Source of the DNA: Squalus acanthias | Lineage: Eukaryota | Assembly (NCBI GenBank): GCA_030390025.1 | Contig: CM059433.1 | Location: 26,414,001-26,478,000, forward strand | Direction: 5' to 3' | Length of the DNA: 64,000 nt | Shown here: positions 24,948-36,245 of the stretch, piece by piece | How the letters are laid out: each line of letters opens with the position of its first letter | How positions within the stretch are numbered: position 1 is the stretch's first letter | Position numbers and translations under genes: made by a program | The notes under the pieces: model-generated | What the model was told of the DNA's origin: nothing | Database searches by the model: none | The model's input: the letters and a program-made list of their open reading frames with translations, nothing else

Positions 24948-26580
24948 ACATAAGAACATAAGAAATGGGAGCAGGAGTAGGCCATTTGGCCCTTTAAGCT
25001 TCCTCCGCCATTCAATAAGATCATGGCTGATCTTCTACCTTATCTCCACTTTCCTGCACTATCCCCATATCCCTTGATTCCCTTAATATTCAAAAATCTA
25101 TCGATCTCTGTCTTGAATATACTCAACGACTGAGCCTCCACAGCCCTCTGTGGTAGAGAATTCCAAAGATTCACCACCCTCTGAGTGAAGAAATTTCTCC
25201 TCATCTCAGTCCTAAATGGCCGACCCCTTATTCTGAGTCTGTGACTCCGAGTTCTAGACACTCCAGCCAGGGGAAACATCCTCCCTGCATCTACCCTGTC
25301 AAGCCCTGTAAGAATTTTGTATGTTTCAATGAGATCACCTTTCATTCTTCTAAACTCTAGAGAATATAGGCCTAGTCTATTCAATCACTCCTCATAGGAT
25401 AATCCCCCCATCCCAGGAACCAGTCTGGTGAACCTTCATTGCACTCCCTCTATGGTAAGTATATCCTTCCTTAGGTAAGGAGACCAAAACTGTACACAAT
25501 ACTCCAGGTGTGGTCTCACCAGGACCCTATATAATTGCAGTAAGATGTCTTTACTCTTATACTCAAATCCTCTTGTAATAAAGGCCAACATACCATTTGC
25601 TTTCCTAATTGCTTGCTGTCCCTGCATGTTAACTTCCAGTGATTCGTGTACAAGGACACCCAGGTCCCTCAGAACACCAACATTTCCCACTCTCTTACCA
25701 TTTAAAAATACTCTGCTTTTCTATTTTTCCTACCAAAGTGGATAACTTCACATTTCTCCACATTATATTCCATTTGCCATGTTCTTGCCCACTCACTTAG
25801 CCTGTCTATATCCCCTTGAAGCCCCCTTATATCCTCCTCACAACTTACATTCCCACCCAGCTTTGTATCATCAGCAAACTTGGATATATTACATTTGTTC
25901 CCCTCATACAAATCATTGATGTAGATTGTGAATAGCTGAGGCCCAAGCACAGATCCTTGCGGTACCCCACTACTTACAGCCTGCCAACCCGAAAATGACC
26001 CGTTTATTCCTACTCTCTTTTCTGTCCGTTAACCAATCCTCAATCCATGCTAGTATATTACCCCCAATCCCATGAACCCTAATTTTGTTTAATAACCTCT
26101 TGTGTGGCACCTTATCGAATGCCTTCTGAAAATCCAAATACACCACATCCACTGGTTCCCCCTTATCTATTCTGCTAGTTACAACCTCAAAAAATCCTAA
26201 CAGATTTGTCAAACACGATTTCCCTTTCATAAATCCGTGTTGACTCTGCCCAATCCTATTATTATTTTCTAAGTGCCCTGTTACCACATCCTTAATAATA
26301 GTTTCTAACATTTTCCCTACTACTGATGTCAGGCTAACTGGTCTGTAGTTCCCCATTTTCTCTCTCGCTCCTTTCTTAAATAGTGGGGCTACAACATTTC
26401 CCAAACTCTCACCATTTAAAAAATACTCTGCTTTTCTATTTTTCCTACCAAAGTGGATAACCTCACATTTCTCCACATTATATTCCATCTGCCATGTTCT
26501 TGCCCACTCACTTAGCCTGTCTATATCCCCTTGAAGCCTCTTTGCATCCTCCTCACAACTTACAATTCCACCTAGCTTTA
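24948..26580 (-). mobile_element. CR1 LINE, 5'-truncated, with an extra RT segment
   Basis: ACATAAGAACATAAGAA tail; RT ORFs at 25040-25384, 25436-25690, 25702-25950, 25970-26580. Confidence 0.9.
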
Positions 26581-26602
26581 AACAAAACCAAGTACCCTCC
26601 AC

Positions 26603-26763
26603 CAATGTTCCCTTTAAGCTGCGCAGCTGCACAGCTGCCTGAAGCACTTGAGCAGCCGATCCACCGTCTTTTAAATAGAAAACAATGTGCATGCGCGGGA
26701 ATTTGAATGGGCCGCGCAGGCCTTTAAGGGGCTGTGTACCCAAAACGATTAAAGGGAACGTTG
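26603..26763. mobile_element. hAT-type MITE (161 bp)
   Basis: TIR CAATGTTCCCTTTAA / rc CAACGTTCCCTTTAA; perfect 8-bp TSD CCCTCCAC (26595-26602, 26764-26771). Confidence 0.9.
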
Positions 26764-29670
26764 CCCTCCACAAGAGCTATTTAAAGGGATACTTACAGGT
26801 TGATTGCTGGAATATTTCTTCCGGCTGAAGTGCAATTGTATGCATTTTTGGAGCTTTCCTATACTTGGCTAAAGTTTAAGTAGTCTACAGGGAGTGGTCT
26901 GGCTGGTCCTGAAGTACTTTTTTGTTGATTTAAAAGCTTGCGCTGAAACAAGTTGTTTCCATACATCGGTGGCTTCATCGGGCTTCCTCTGGGATTTTAT
27001 CATGACTGGGAGAATGAAGAGAGGCCACGCAGATCGGGACAAGCTGCTAGAAAAGAGAGGAGAAGTGGGAGAAGGGCTTTCAGCAGGAGGCTGAGGGTCT
27101 TTATGGAGCAATTCTCGACCTCCACTTCAGCGAGGGCCAATGTTTGAAATGTCTTTGCTTCACAAAAGAGGTTGTGACTGAAATCATAGAATCATAGAAA
27201 TTTACAGCCCAGAAGGAGGCCATTCAGCCCATCTTGTCCGTGCCGGCTGACAAAGACCTATCCACCCTCATCCCACATTGCAGCACTTGGTCCGTAGCCT
27301 TGTAAGTTACGGCACTTCAAGTGCATATCCAAGTACTTTTTAAATGTGATGAGGGTCTCTGCCTCTACCATTCTTTCAGGCAGTGAGTTCCAGACCCCCA
27401 CCACCCTCTGGGTGAAAACGTTTCTCCTCAACTCCCCTCTCAACCTCCGACCAATTACTTTAAATCTATGCCCCCTTGTATTGACCCTTCTGCTAAGGGA
27501 AATAGATCCTTCCTATCCACTCTATCTAGGCCCCTCATAATTTTATACACCTCAATTAAGTCTCCCCTCAGCCTCCTCTGTTCCAAAGAAAACAACCCCA
27601 GCCTATCCAATCTTTCCTCATAGCTAAAATTCCCCAGCCCAGGCAACATCCTCATAAATCTCCTCTGCACCCTCTCTCGTGCAATCACATCCTTCCTGTA
27701 ATGTGGTGACCAGAACTGCAGCCTAACTAGTGTTTTATACAGTTCAAGCATAACCTCCCTGCTCTTATAATTTATGCCTCAGCTAATAAAAGCAAGTATC
27801 CCGTATGCCTTCTTAACCGCCTTATCTACCTGTCCTGCTACCTTCAGGGATCTGTGGACATGCACTCCAAGGTCCCTCTGATCTTCTGCACTTCTCAGTG
27901 TCCTACCATTTATAGTGTATTCCCTTGCTTTGTTAGCCCTCCCCAAATGCATTACCTCGCACTTCTCTAGATTGAATTCCATTTGCCACTGTTCTGCCCA
28001 CCTGACCAGTCCATTGATATCTTCCTGCAGTCTGCAGCTTTCTTCTTCATTATCAACCACACGGCTAATTTTTGTATCATCTGCAAAATTCTTAATCATA
28101 CTTCCGACATTCATGTCCAAATCATTGATATAAAACACAAAAAGCAGAGGACCCAGTACTGAGCCCTGCGGAACCCCACTGGAACCAGCCTTCCAGTCAC
28201 AAAAACACCCTTCGACCATTACCCTTTGTTTCCTGCCTCTGAGCCAATTTTGGATCCAACGTGCCACTTTGTCTTGGATCCCATGAGCTTTTACTTTCAT
28301 GACCAGTCTGCCATGCGGGACCTTATCAAAAGCCTTGCTAAAATGCATATAGACTAGATCAAACGCACTACCCTCATCGACCCTCCTTGTTGCCTGCTCA
28401 AAAAATTCAATCAAGTTAGTCAGACACGACCTTCCCTTGACAAATCCATGCTGACTGTCCCTGATTAATCAGTGTCTTTCTCAATGAAGACTTATCCTGT
28501 CCCTCAGAACTTTTTCCAATAATTTTCTCACCACCGAGGTTAGGCTGACTGGCCTATAATTACTCGGTCTATCCCTTTCTCTCTTTTTAAACAACGGTAC
28601 CACGTTAGCAGTCCTCCAGTCCTCTGGCACCACACCTGTAGCCAGAGAGGATTGGAAAATGATGGTCAGAGCCTCTGCAATTTCCTCTCCTACTTCACTT
28701 AACAGTCTGGGATACATTTCCTCTGAGCCTGGGGATTTATCCACTTTCAAAGATGCTAAACCCCTTAATACTTCCTCTTTCACTGTGTTTATTTCATCTC
28801 ATATTTCACACTCCTCCTCCCTAATTGCAATGTCTGCATCGTCCCTCTCTTTTGTGAAAACAGACGCAAAGTATTCATTAAAAACCATACCCATGTCTTC
28901 CGCCTCCACACACAGGTTACCTTTATGGTCCCTAATAGGCCCTACTCTTACTTTAGTTATCCTCTTGCTCTTAATGTGTTTATAAAACATCTTTGGGTTT
29001 TCCTTGATTTTACTTGCCAATATTTTTTCATTCCCTCTCTTTGCTTCGCTAATTTCCTTTTTAATTGCACCCCTGCACTTTCTATACTCCTCTAGGCTTT
29101 CTGCAGTATTGAGTCCTCGGTATCTGTCATAAGCTTCCCTTTTTTTCTTTATCCTACCCTGTATGCCCCTTGACATCCAGGGAGCTCTAGATTTGTTAGT
29201 CCCACCCTTTTTCTTTAAGGGAACATACTTGCTCTGAACCCTCACCATCTCCTCCTTGAATGCCTCCCACTGCCCTGACACTGATTTACCTTCAAGTTTC
29301 TGTCTCCAATCCACTTTGGCTAAATCACCTCTCAGCTTAGTAAAATTAGCTTTTCCCCAATTTATTCCTGGTCTGTTCTTGTCCTTTTCCATAACTACCC
29401 TAAATCTAACTGAATTATGATCACTACCACCAATATGTTCTCCCACTGATACCCTTTCCACCTGCCCAGCTTAATTCCCTAAAACTAGGTCCAGAACTGC
29501 CCCCTCTCTTTTTGGGCTTGCTACGTACTGGCTAAAAAAATTCCCCTGAATGCATTTTAAGAATTCTGCTCCCTCTATACCTTTCACACTAATTTTATCC
29601 CAGTTAATATTAGGGAAAAAAGTGAGAAGTCGCACAACACCAGGTTATAGTCCAACAGTTTTATTTGAAA

Positions 29671-29708
29671 TCACAAGCTTTCGGAGCGGCTGCTCCTTCG
29701 TCAGGTGA
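29671..29708 (-). ncRNA. Minimal type I hammerhead-ribozyme-like motif
   Basis: UCAC-CUGACGA-A-GGAGC(AGCC)GCUCC-GAAA-GC-UU-GUGA: core boxes, stem II, stem I and a palindromic AAGCUU in place of stem III. Confidence 0.7.
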
Positions 29709-30025
29709 AGTAAAGGAATACAAATCGACAAAGCATATATAGATAGAGAACAATGCATGTGAAGTGTACAATGGCAGACGACTACATTTAATCCTCCTGA
29801 CTGCCTTTTGTCACACCTCGGCAGATAAACAATCAGGTCAGCCAGGAAGGTACCACATCAAAGACATAGCAAGATACAACTGAGACAATGAGGTGGGGTT
29901 ACAGGGGGTCTAATGTGTCAAAAGCTGCAGTCTGTATAGAAAACGATAAACTTTAAAATTTTTACTTTTTTTTACTGGAAATCACATCTGTGAACAAGCC
30001 AACGACGACTTGAGTCTGGATGACT

Positions 30026-30718
30026 CTATGTCATGTATCGTGACATGAACCCAAGATCCCGGTTGAGGCCATCCTCATGAGTGCGGAACTTGGCTATCAG
30101 TTTCTGCTCGATGATTTTGCGTTGTCGTGTGTCTCTAAGGCCGCCTTGGAGAACGCTTACCCGCAGATCTGAGGCTGAATGTCCTTGACTGCTGAAGTGT
30201 TCCCCGACTGGGAGGGAATACTCCTGCCTGGCGATTGTTGTGCGGCGTCCGTTCATACGTTGTCTCAGTGTCTGCATGGTCTCGCCGATGTACCATGCTC
30301 TGGGGCATCCTTTCCTGCAACGTATCAGGTAGACAACGTTGGCCGAGTCACATGAGTATGTACCATGTACCTGGTGGGTAGTGTCCTCACGTGTGATGAT
30401 GGTATCTGTGTTGATGATCTGGCATGTCTTGCAGAGGTTGCCGTGGCAGGGTTGTGTGGTGTCGTGGTCGCTGTTATCCTGAAAGCTGGGTAATTTGCTG
30501 CGAACTATGGTACTTCTGAGGTTAGGCGGCTGTTTGAAGGCAAGTAGTGGAGGCGTGGGGATGGCCTTAGCGAGGTGTTCGTCGTCATCGATGACATGTT
30601 GAAGGCTGCGAAGAACATGGCGTAGTTTCTCCGCTCCGGGGAAGTACTGGACGACGTAGGGTACCCTGTTGGTTGTGTCCCGTGTTTGCCTTCTGAGGAG
30701 GTCTATGCGATTTTTCAC
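30026..30718 (-). CDS. Penelope-type GIY-YIG endonuclease domain (C-terminal part of a truncated ORF)
   Basis: CKTC, NVVYLIRC...YIGET...LRQRMNG, VGEHF...H, IEQKLI, GLNRD. Confidence 0.85.
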   Translation of the reverse strand: MKNRIDLLRRQTRDTTNRVPYVVQYFPGAEKLRHVLRSLQHVIDDDEHLAKAIPTPPLLAFKQPPNLRSTIVRSKLPSFQDNSDHDTTQPCHGNLCKTCQIINTDTIITREDTTHQVHGTYSCDSANVVYLIRCRKGCPRAWYIGETMQTLRQRMNGRRTTIARQEYSLPVGEHFSSQGHSASDLRVSVLQGGLRDTRQRKIIEQKLIAKFRTHEDGLNRDLGFMSRYMT

Positions 30719-31987
30719 TGTGGCCCGTCAGAACTGTCGATCGATGAGTCGAGCGTCATATCCCGTTCTTACGAGGGCGTTTTTCAGCGTCCGTAGGTGT
30801 CCATCGCGTTCCTCCTCATCTGAGCAGATCCTGTGTATTCGCAGGGCTTGTCCATAGGGGATGGCTTCTTTAATGTGGTTAGGGTGGAAGCTGGAGAAGT
30901 GGAGCATCGTGAGGTTGTCCGTGGGCTTGCGGTAGAGTGAAGTGCTGAGGTGTCCGTCTTTGATGGAGATTCGTGTTATTAGGGAAGTTGAAATCCCCTA
31001 CTATTCCTGCCCTATTTTTGCACGTCTCAGAAATTTGCTCTTCTATCTCCCTCTGACTGTTCGGAGGTCTATAGTACACTCCCAGCAGTGTGATTGCCCC
31101 TTTTTTTGTTTTTCAGTTCAATCCATATGACCTCATTTGATGATCCTTCTAAGATATCCTCCCTCCTCACAGCTGTAATTGATTCTTTAATCAATATTGC
31201 GAACTCCCCCCTCCTTTTTTAACCCCCTCTCTATCTCATCTGAAAACCCTATAACCAGGTATGTTGAACTGCCATTCCTGCCCTTCTTTCAGCCATGTCT
31301 CAGTAATAGCTATAATCTCATACTCCCACGTGTCTATCTATGCCCTCAGCTCATCTGCTTTATTCCCTAGACTCCTTGCGTTGAAGTATATACCATTTAG
31401 CACTGCCAAACTCCCTTCTTGTCTATTCTCTAGCCTTTGTTTCCTCTGCCTTCCAAACTCACTTACTAATTTTCTGCCTTCCATTTCCAGCTTTGCTTCT
31501 CTCCCTTCGGAATCCACTCTCAGGTCCCCATCCCCAAGCCAAGCTAGTTTAAACCCTCCCCAACAGCACTAGCAACCCCCCCTCGAGAATATTGGTCCCA
31601 GTCCTGTTGAGGTGCAACCCGTCCGGCTTGTACAGGTCCCACCTCCCCCAGCAATGGTCCCAATGCCTAAGGATCTAAAACCCTCCATCCTGCACCATCT
31701 CTCCAGCCACGCATTCATCTGCTCTATCCTCCTGTTTCTGCACTCACGAGCATGTGGCACCGGGAGTAATCCAGAGATTACTACCTTTGAGGTCCTGCTT
31801 TTTAATCCCTTTCCCAGCTCCCTAAAATCTGCCTGCAGGACCTCATCCCTCTTTCTAACTGACAACTGCTGCAGCCACAACTGCAACCTCAAAGTAGGCA
31901 AGGACCGCATTGTCTGTGGTTGTCAAGGTGACCGTGGCTCTTAACTTTTATGCATCTGGCTCCTTCTAGGCTGCTGCTGGAGATAAT

Positions 31988-32746
31988 GGCCCGAAAATTA
32001 TGCGGGAGAGTACGCACTGTGTACTCTCGCGTATTAGGTCCCGAAGTGCCGGTTTCTTGCATGCACTGCGCATGCGCGGGAAACCGGCACTTCGGGTATT
32101 GCGAAGGGGGCAGTTCCTAAGTGAACCACGTGCGCGCTACGGGTTGAGCGCACGCAGCGCACTTAGTTTTTTTTTCAGGTTTGAACGCGCAGGTAAGTGT
32201 TGAAGATTTTACACAGAAAGAAAGCAGGCGTAAGACCCCCTTTTAACAAGGTAAGTAGTTAATTAAGTATTATTTTACATTTTTTTCAACAGGTTTATTT
32301 CATTTTAGAGACTTTAAAGAAAGGTAAGTTTATTTTTATAACTTTTAAAAAGAATTTAAATTTTTTCAAAAATTTAAATTTTTGTTTAAAGTGGTTAATT
32401 TATTTAACTATAGTTATTTTATTAATGTGATGGCTTTTTTTTAAATTTAATTGAGGTTTAGCTGTTCTTTTGGGGGCTTGTTGTATTCATAGTTTTGACA
32501 GCTCTTGCTGTCAAAACTATGAATGAAAGATGGTGTGCTGCCATTGGCTCTAACTGGCCCACGTGATCCCAGAGGTCGCATCGAATTAACTGCGCCTCTG
32601 GGACACGCACACACTGCGCGCCGGCACCAGGGAGAGGCCCAGGAACTGAAGTTCGTGTGGGCCAAAACCATAAAGGTAGGCGCGGAGTGCGATATCGCGG
32701 GGGATCCTTACCCCCGCGGCAACCATCGAAGTCCAATTTCTGGGCC
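31988..32746 (-). mobile_element. Harbinger-type MITE, family M copy 2
   Basis: TIRs GGCCCGAAAATT / rc GGCCCAGAAATT; reverse-complement homolog of 14234-14976; flanks AAT/ATA (imperfect TSD). Confidence 0.9.
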
Positions 32747-35700
32747 ATAAGCAACATCTCGCAGTTTGCAGTGCATTGCTGCATAAGGGAGATCACTGAG
32801 GCTCTCTATACACAGAGAGACAGCATCATTTCATTCCTTCTTGCTAGAGGCAAGCAGGATTTGCTCAGATTGCAGGCTTCCCCATGGTGCAGGGTGCCGT
32901 TGACTGCACACACATTGCCTTTGGTGCACCTCATGTGAACTCAGCCATTTTCCTGAACCGAAAGGGATTCCACTCCCTCAATGTGCAGCTAGTGTGCGAC
33001 CACAGGCAGCGCATCATGCACGTGAATGCCTGTTATCCCGGCAGTAGTCACGATTCCTTCATTCTGCGGCAGTCCTCTGTGCCACCTTTATTTGACCCAA
33101 CACGGCAAGTCAAAGGATGGCTATTGGGCGGCTCATGACATGGCTCATGACTTCGGTCCAGAACCCATGCACACGTGCACAGCAGGCCTACAATGACAGC
33201 CATGGTGCCACAAGGAACATTATGGAGCACAGCATCAGCGTCCTCAAACAACGCTTCTACTGCATGGACTGTTCTGGAGGAGCCCTGCAGTACTCAGCTG
33301 AGCAGGTATCAAGATTTGAGATAGTATGCTGCATGGTGCACAACCTAGCCATTTTAGTGGGAACAGTCCTTGCCACCACCTATCATGCGAGAAGCTGAGG
33401 AACAAGAGGATGAGGATGAGGAAGTGGAGGAGGAAGAGGAAGGGAGGCTACAACATAGACCGACCCTTTCTGCCCGAGCTTTATGTGATCAAATAATTCA
33501 TGAGCGATACAAGTAACCTCAACTACACCTCCCCATTCACCAACAGTCTCACGCTCCTTACATTTCCTCTATCACTGGCAATCACATCACCCTCTTTCCA
33601 ACAACACAAAAATAAAAAGCACCAGAAAATGCACATGCTAATCCAATTTTATAAATTTAATCACAACATAATGCAAACAAAAATAAACTAATCGCCCTTG
33701 TGCAATCCCTTAGTGCCTGTCTTCCGTGTGCCTTTGTCTATCCTCGTGCTCCTACGAGGTGCTTCCCCAGTGGCTGCAGCATGGATGGTGGAAGGCTGCT
33801 GACCTTCAATTGAGGAGACTGCATGTGGCCTGGCTTCAGACTGCACCATCTCAGCCTGGGCTGCAGCAGTCTGGGCTGGCTGGCTGACAAGCAACAGCAA
33901 GGGCACTGGCGGTGTGGTAGGGGTGGCAGCAGGAATGGTGTCATCCGGAGAGAGGACAGCAGGTTCATTCTCCATGGAGCTACTGCCATTCTCCTGGGGC
34001 GGCGCCTCAGCAATCCTACTGATCTGGTGGACAACAGATTGATGGACTGCTGTACACCCTGGAAGCCTCTTTGAACAGTGGTATCCAGAGACATCATGGC
34101 AGCAGTTGGAGCTTGCAAGGCAGTACTCAGACCTGTCATGGAAGCTGTGTGTGCTGCAATGAAAGCTGTGACATTGGCCATCAGACGCTGCCTCATGGTG
34201 GGTTCCACAGGCACGCTGGTGAAGGTGACCACCCATTCCATGTTGGAAAGGATGGGCTCCAAGCTTTAGAGGCCTGTGCCAAGTTGGACTCCTCGTTGGT
34301 CCTTGACATTTTGTGCAGGCTTTCTGGCAGGCTTTCCAGTGCACCAAGCATTTGGGTGTGTACACCCATTAGCCTTCTTTCGTAGCCTGGCCCATCAAAG
34401 TCCTCAGCTGACTCCTCTGCAGCAGAACTAGTTCAGTCATACAAGCGGCATAAATGGAACGTTTCACAAACCCGAGCTCTGGTAACAGTTCGCAGCACTG
34501 AATACCAAACACACACCTTAAATTAGAACGTCCCACACACAAACACAGAAACAGTGCCCGCTAGCTTTAATCCAAGTAACATCATTGATGGAGAGAATCC
34601 AGAAAAGGCCGTGGCATTTTGGCTCTGCTAACCCAAGTTTAGCAGACTTGGGCTAACCCCTGCCCTGGCTCCTGCGCACTTGCGCCCGGTGTCTCATAGG
34701 AACATAGCAACAGGGGTAGGCCATTTAGCCCCTCGAGCCTGTTCCACCTTTCAATGAGATCATGGCTGATCTGTGACGTAACTCCATACATTCGCCTTTG
34801 CACCATATCCCTTAATACCTTTCGTTAACAAAAATCTATCAATCTCAGATTTAAAATTAACAATTGACCTAGTATCAATTGCCATTTGTGGAAGAGGGTT
34901 CCAAACATCTACCACCCTTTGTGTGTAGAAGTGTTTCCTAACTTCACTCCTGAAAGGCCTGGCTCTAGGTTTTAGACTATGCCCCCTAGTCCAAGACTCC
35001 CCAACCAGTGGAAATAGTTTCTCTCTATCTACCCTGTGAGTTCCCCTTAATATCTTGAAAACTTCGATCAAATCACCTGTAACCTTCTAAATTCAGGGAA
35101 TGTAACCCTAGTTTGTGTAATCTCTCCTCGTAATTTAACCCTTGGAGTCCAAGTATCATTCTGATAAATATACGCTGCACTCCTTCGAAGGCCAACATAT
35201 CCTTCCTAAGGTGTGGTGCCCAGAACTGCTCAAAGTACTCCAGGTGTGGTCTAACAAGGGCTTTACATAGCTGCAGCATAACTTCTACCTCCTTGTATTC
35301 TAATCCTATAGATATAAAGGCCAGCATTCCATTAGTCTTCTTGATTATTTTCTGTACCTGTTCATGATATTTTAATGATCTATGTACCTGGACCCTCAAG
35401 TCTCTTTGGACCTCCACTGTTTCTAGCTTTTCACCATTTAGAAAGTATTCTGTTCAATCCTTTTTAGGTCCAAAGTGAATGACCTCACATTTGCCTACAT
35501 TGAAATCCATTTGCTACAATTTTGCCCATTCACTTAATTTATCAATATATCTTTGTAATTTTATGCTTCCATTTACTCTGCTTATAATGCCACCTATCTT
35601 TGTGTCATCGGTAACTTGGATATGTGGCTTTCTATCCCATCATCTAAGTCGTTAATAAATACAGTGAATTGTTGAGGCCCCAACACAGATCCTTGTGGGA

Positions 35701-36245
35701 CACCACTAGTCACATCCTGCCAATTAGAGTACCTGCCCATTATCCCTACTCTCTGTCTCCTGCCGCTCAGCCAACTTCCTAATCAGGTCAATAATTTACC
35801 TTCAATTCCGTGGGCTTTAATCTTAGTTAACAGTCTCCTATGAGGGACTTTATCAAATGCCTTCTGGAAGTCCAAATAAATAACATCCCTGTCCACTACT
35901 TTAGTCACCTCTTCAAAAAATTCATTGAGGTTCGTTAGGCATGACTTATCCTTTACAAATCCATGTTGGCTCTCTCTGATCAGCTGACAATTTTCAAGGT
36001 GTTCAATCACTCTATCTTTAATTGTAGACACTAGTAATTCCCCAACAACAGATGTTAGGCTAACTGGTCTATAATTTCCTGGTTTCCCTCTCTCACCTTC
36101 CTTAAATAGCGGAGTGGCATGCGCAATTGTCCAATCGAAAGGAACAGTTCCTGAATCGAGAGAACGTTGGTTATAGTTAGGGCATCTGCAATGTTCTCAC
36201 CTATTTCCTTTAAAACCCTGGGATGGAAAGCATCTGGTCATGGAT

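Larger units (their letters stand above)
29618..30976 (-). mobile_element. Penelope-like retroelement, 5'-truncated
   Basis: RT thumb remnant plus GIY-YIG ORF and a 3' region with a hammerhead-like motif and AATAAA; TSD TATTAGGGAA (29608-29617, 30977-30986). Confidence 0.9.
27183..31857 (-). mobile_element. CR1 LINE truncated in ORF1, interrupted by a Penelope-like element
   Basis: CATAGAATCATAGAA tail; RT 27779-28783, linker/APE 28799-31400, esterase 31569-31857. Confidence 0.9.
26965..33516 (+). pseudogene. Harbinger D transposase, split by a CR1 and a MITE
   Basis: ...FTKEVVTEI | QLLQPQLQP...VKVTVALNFYASGSF*AAAGD | ISNISQFAVHCCIRE...GAVDCTH...[16 protein letters not shown]...KQRF, then an acidic tail. 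Confidence 0.85.
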
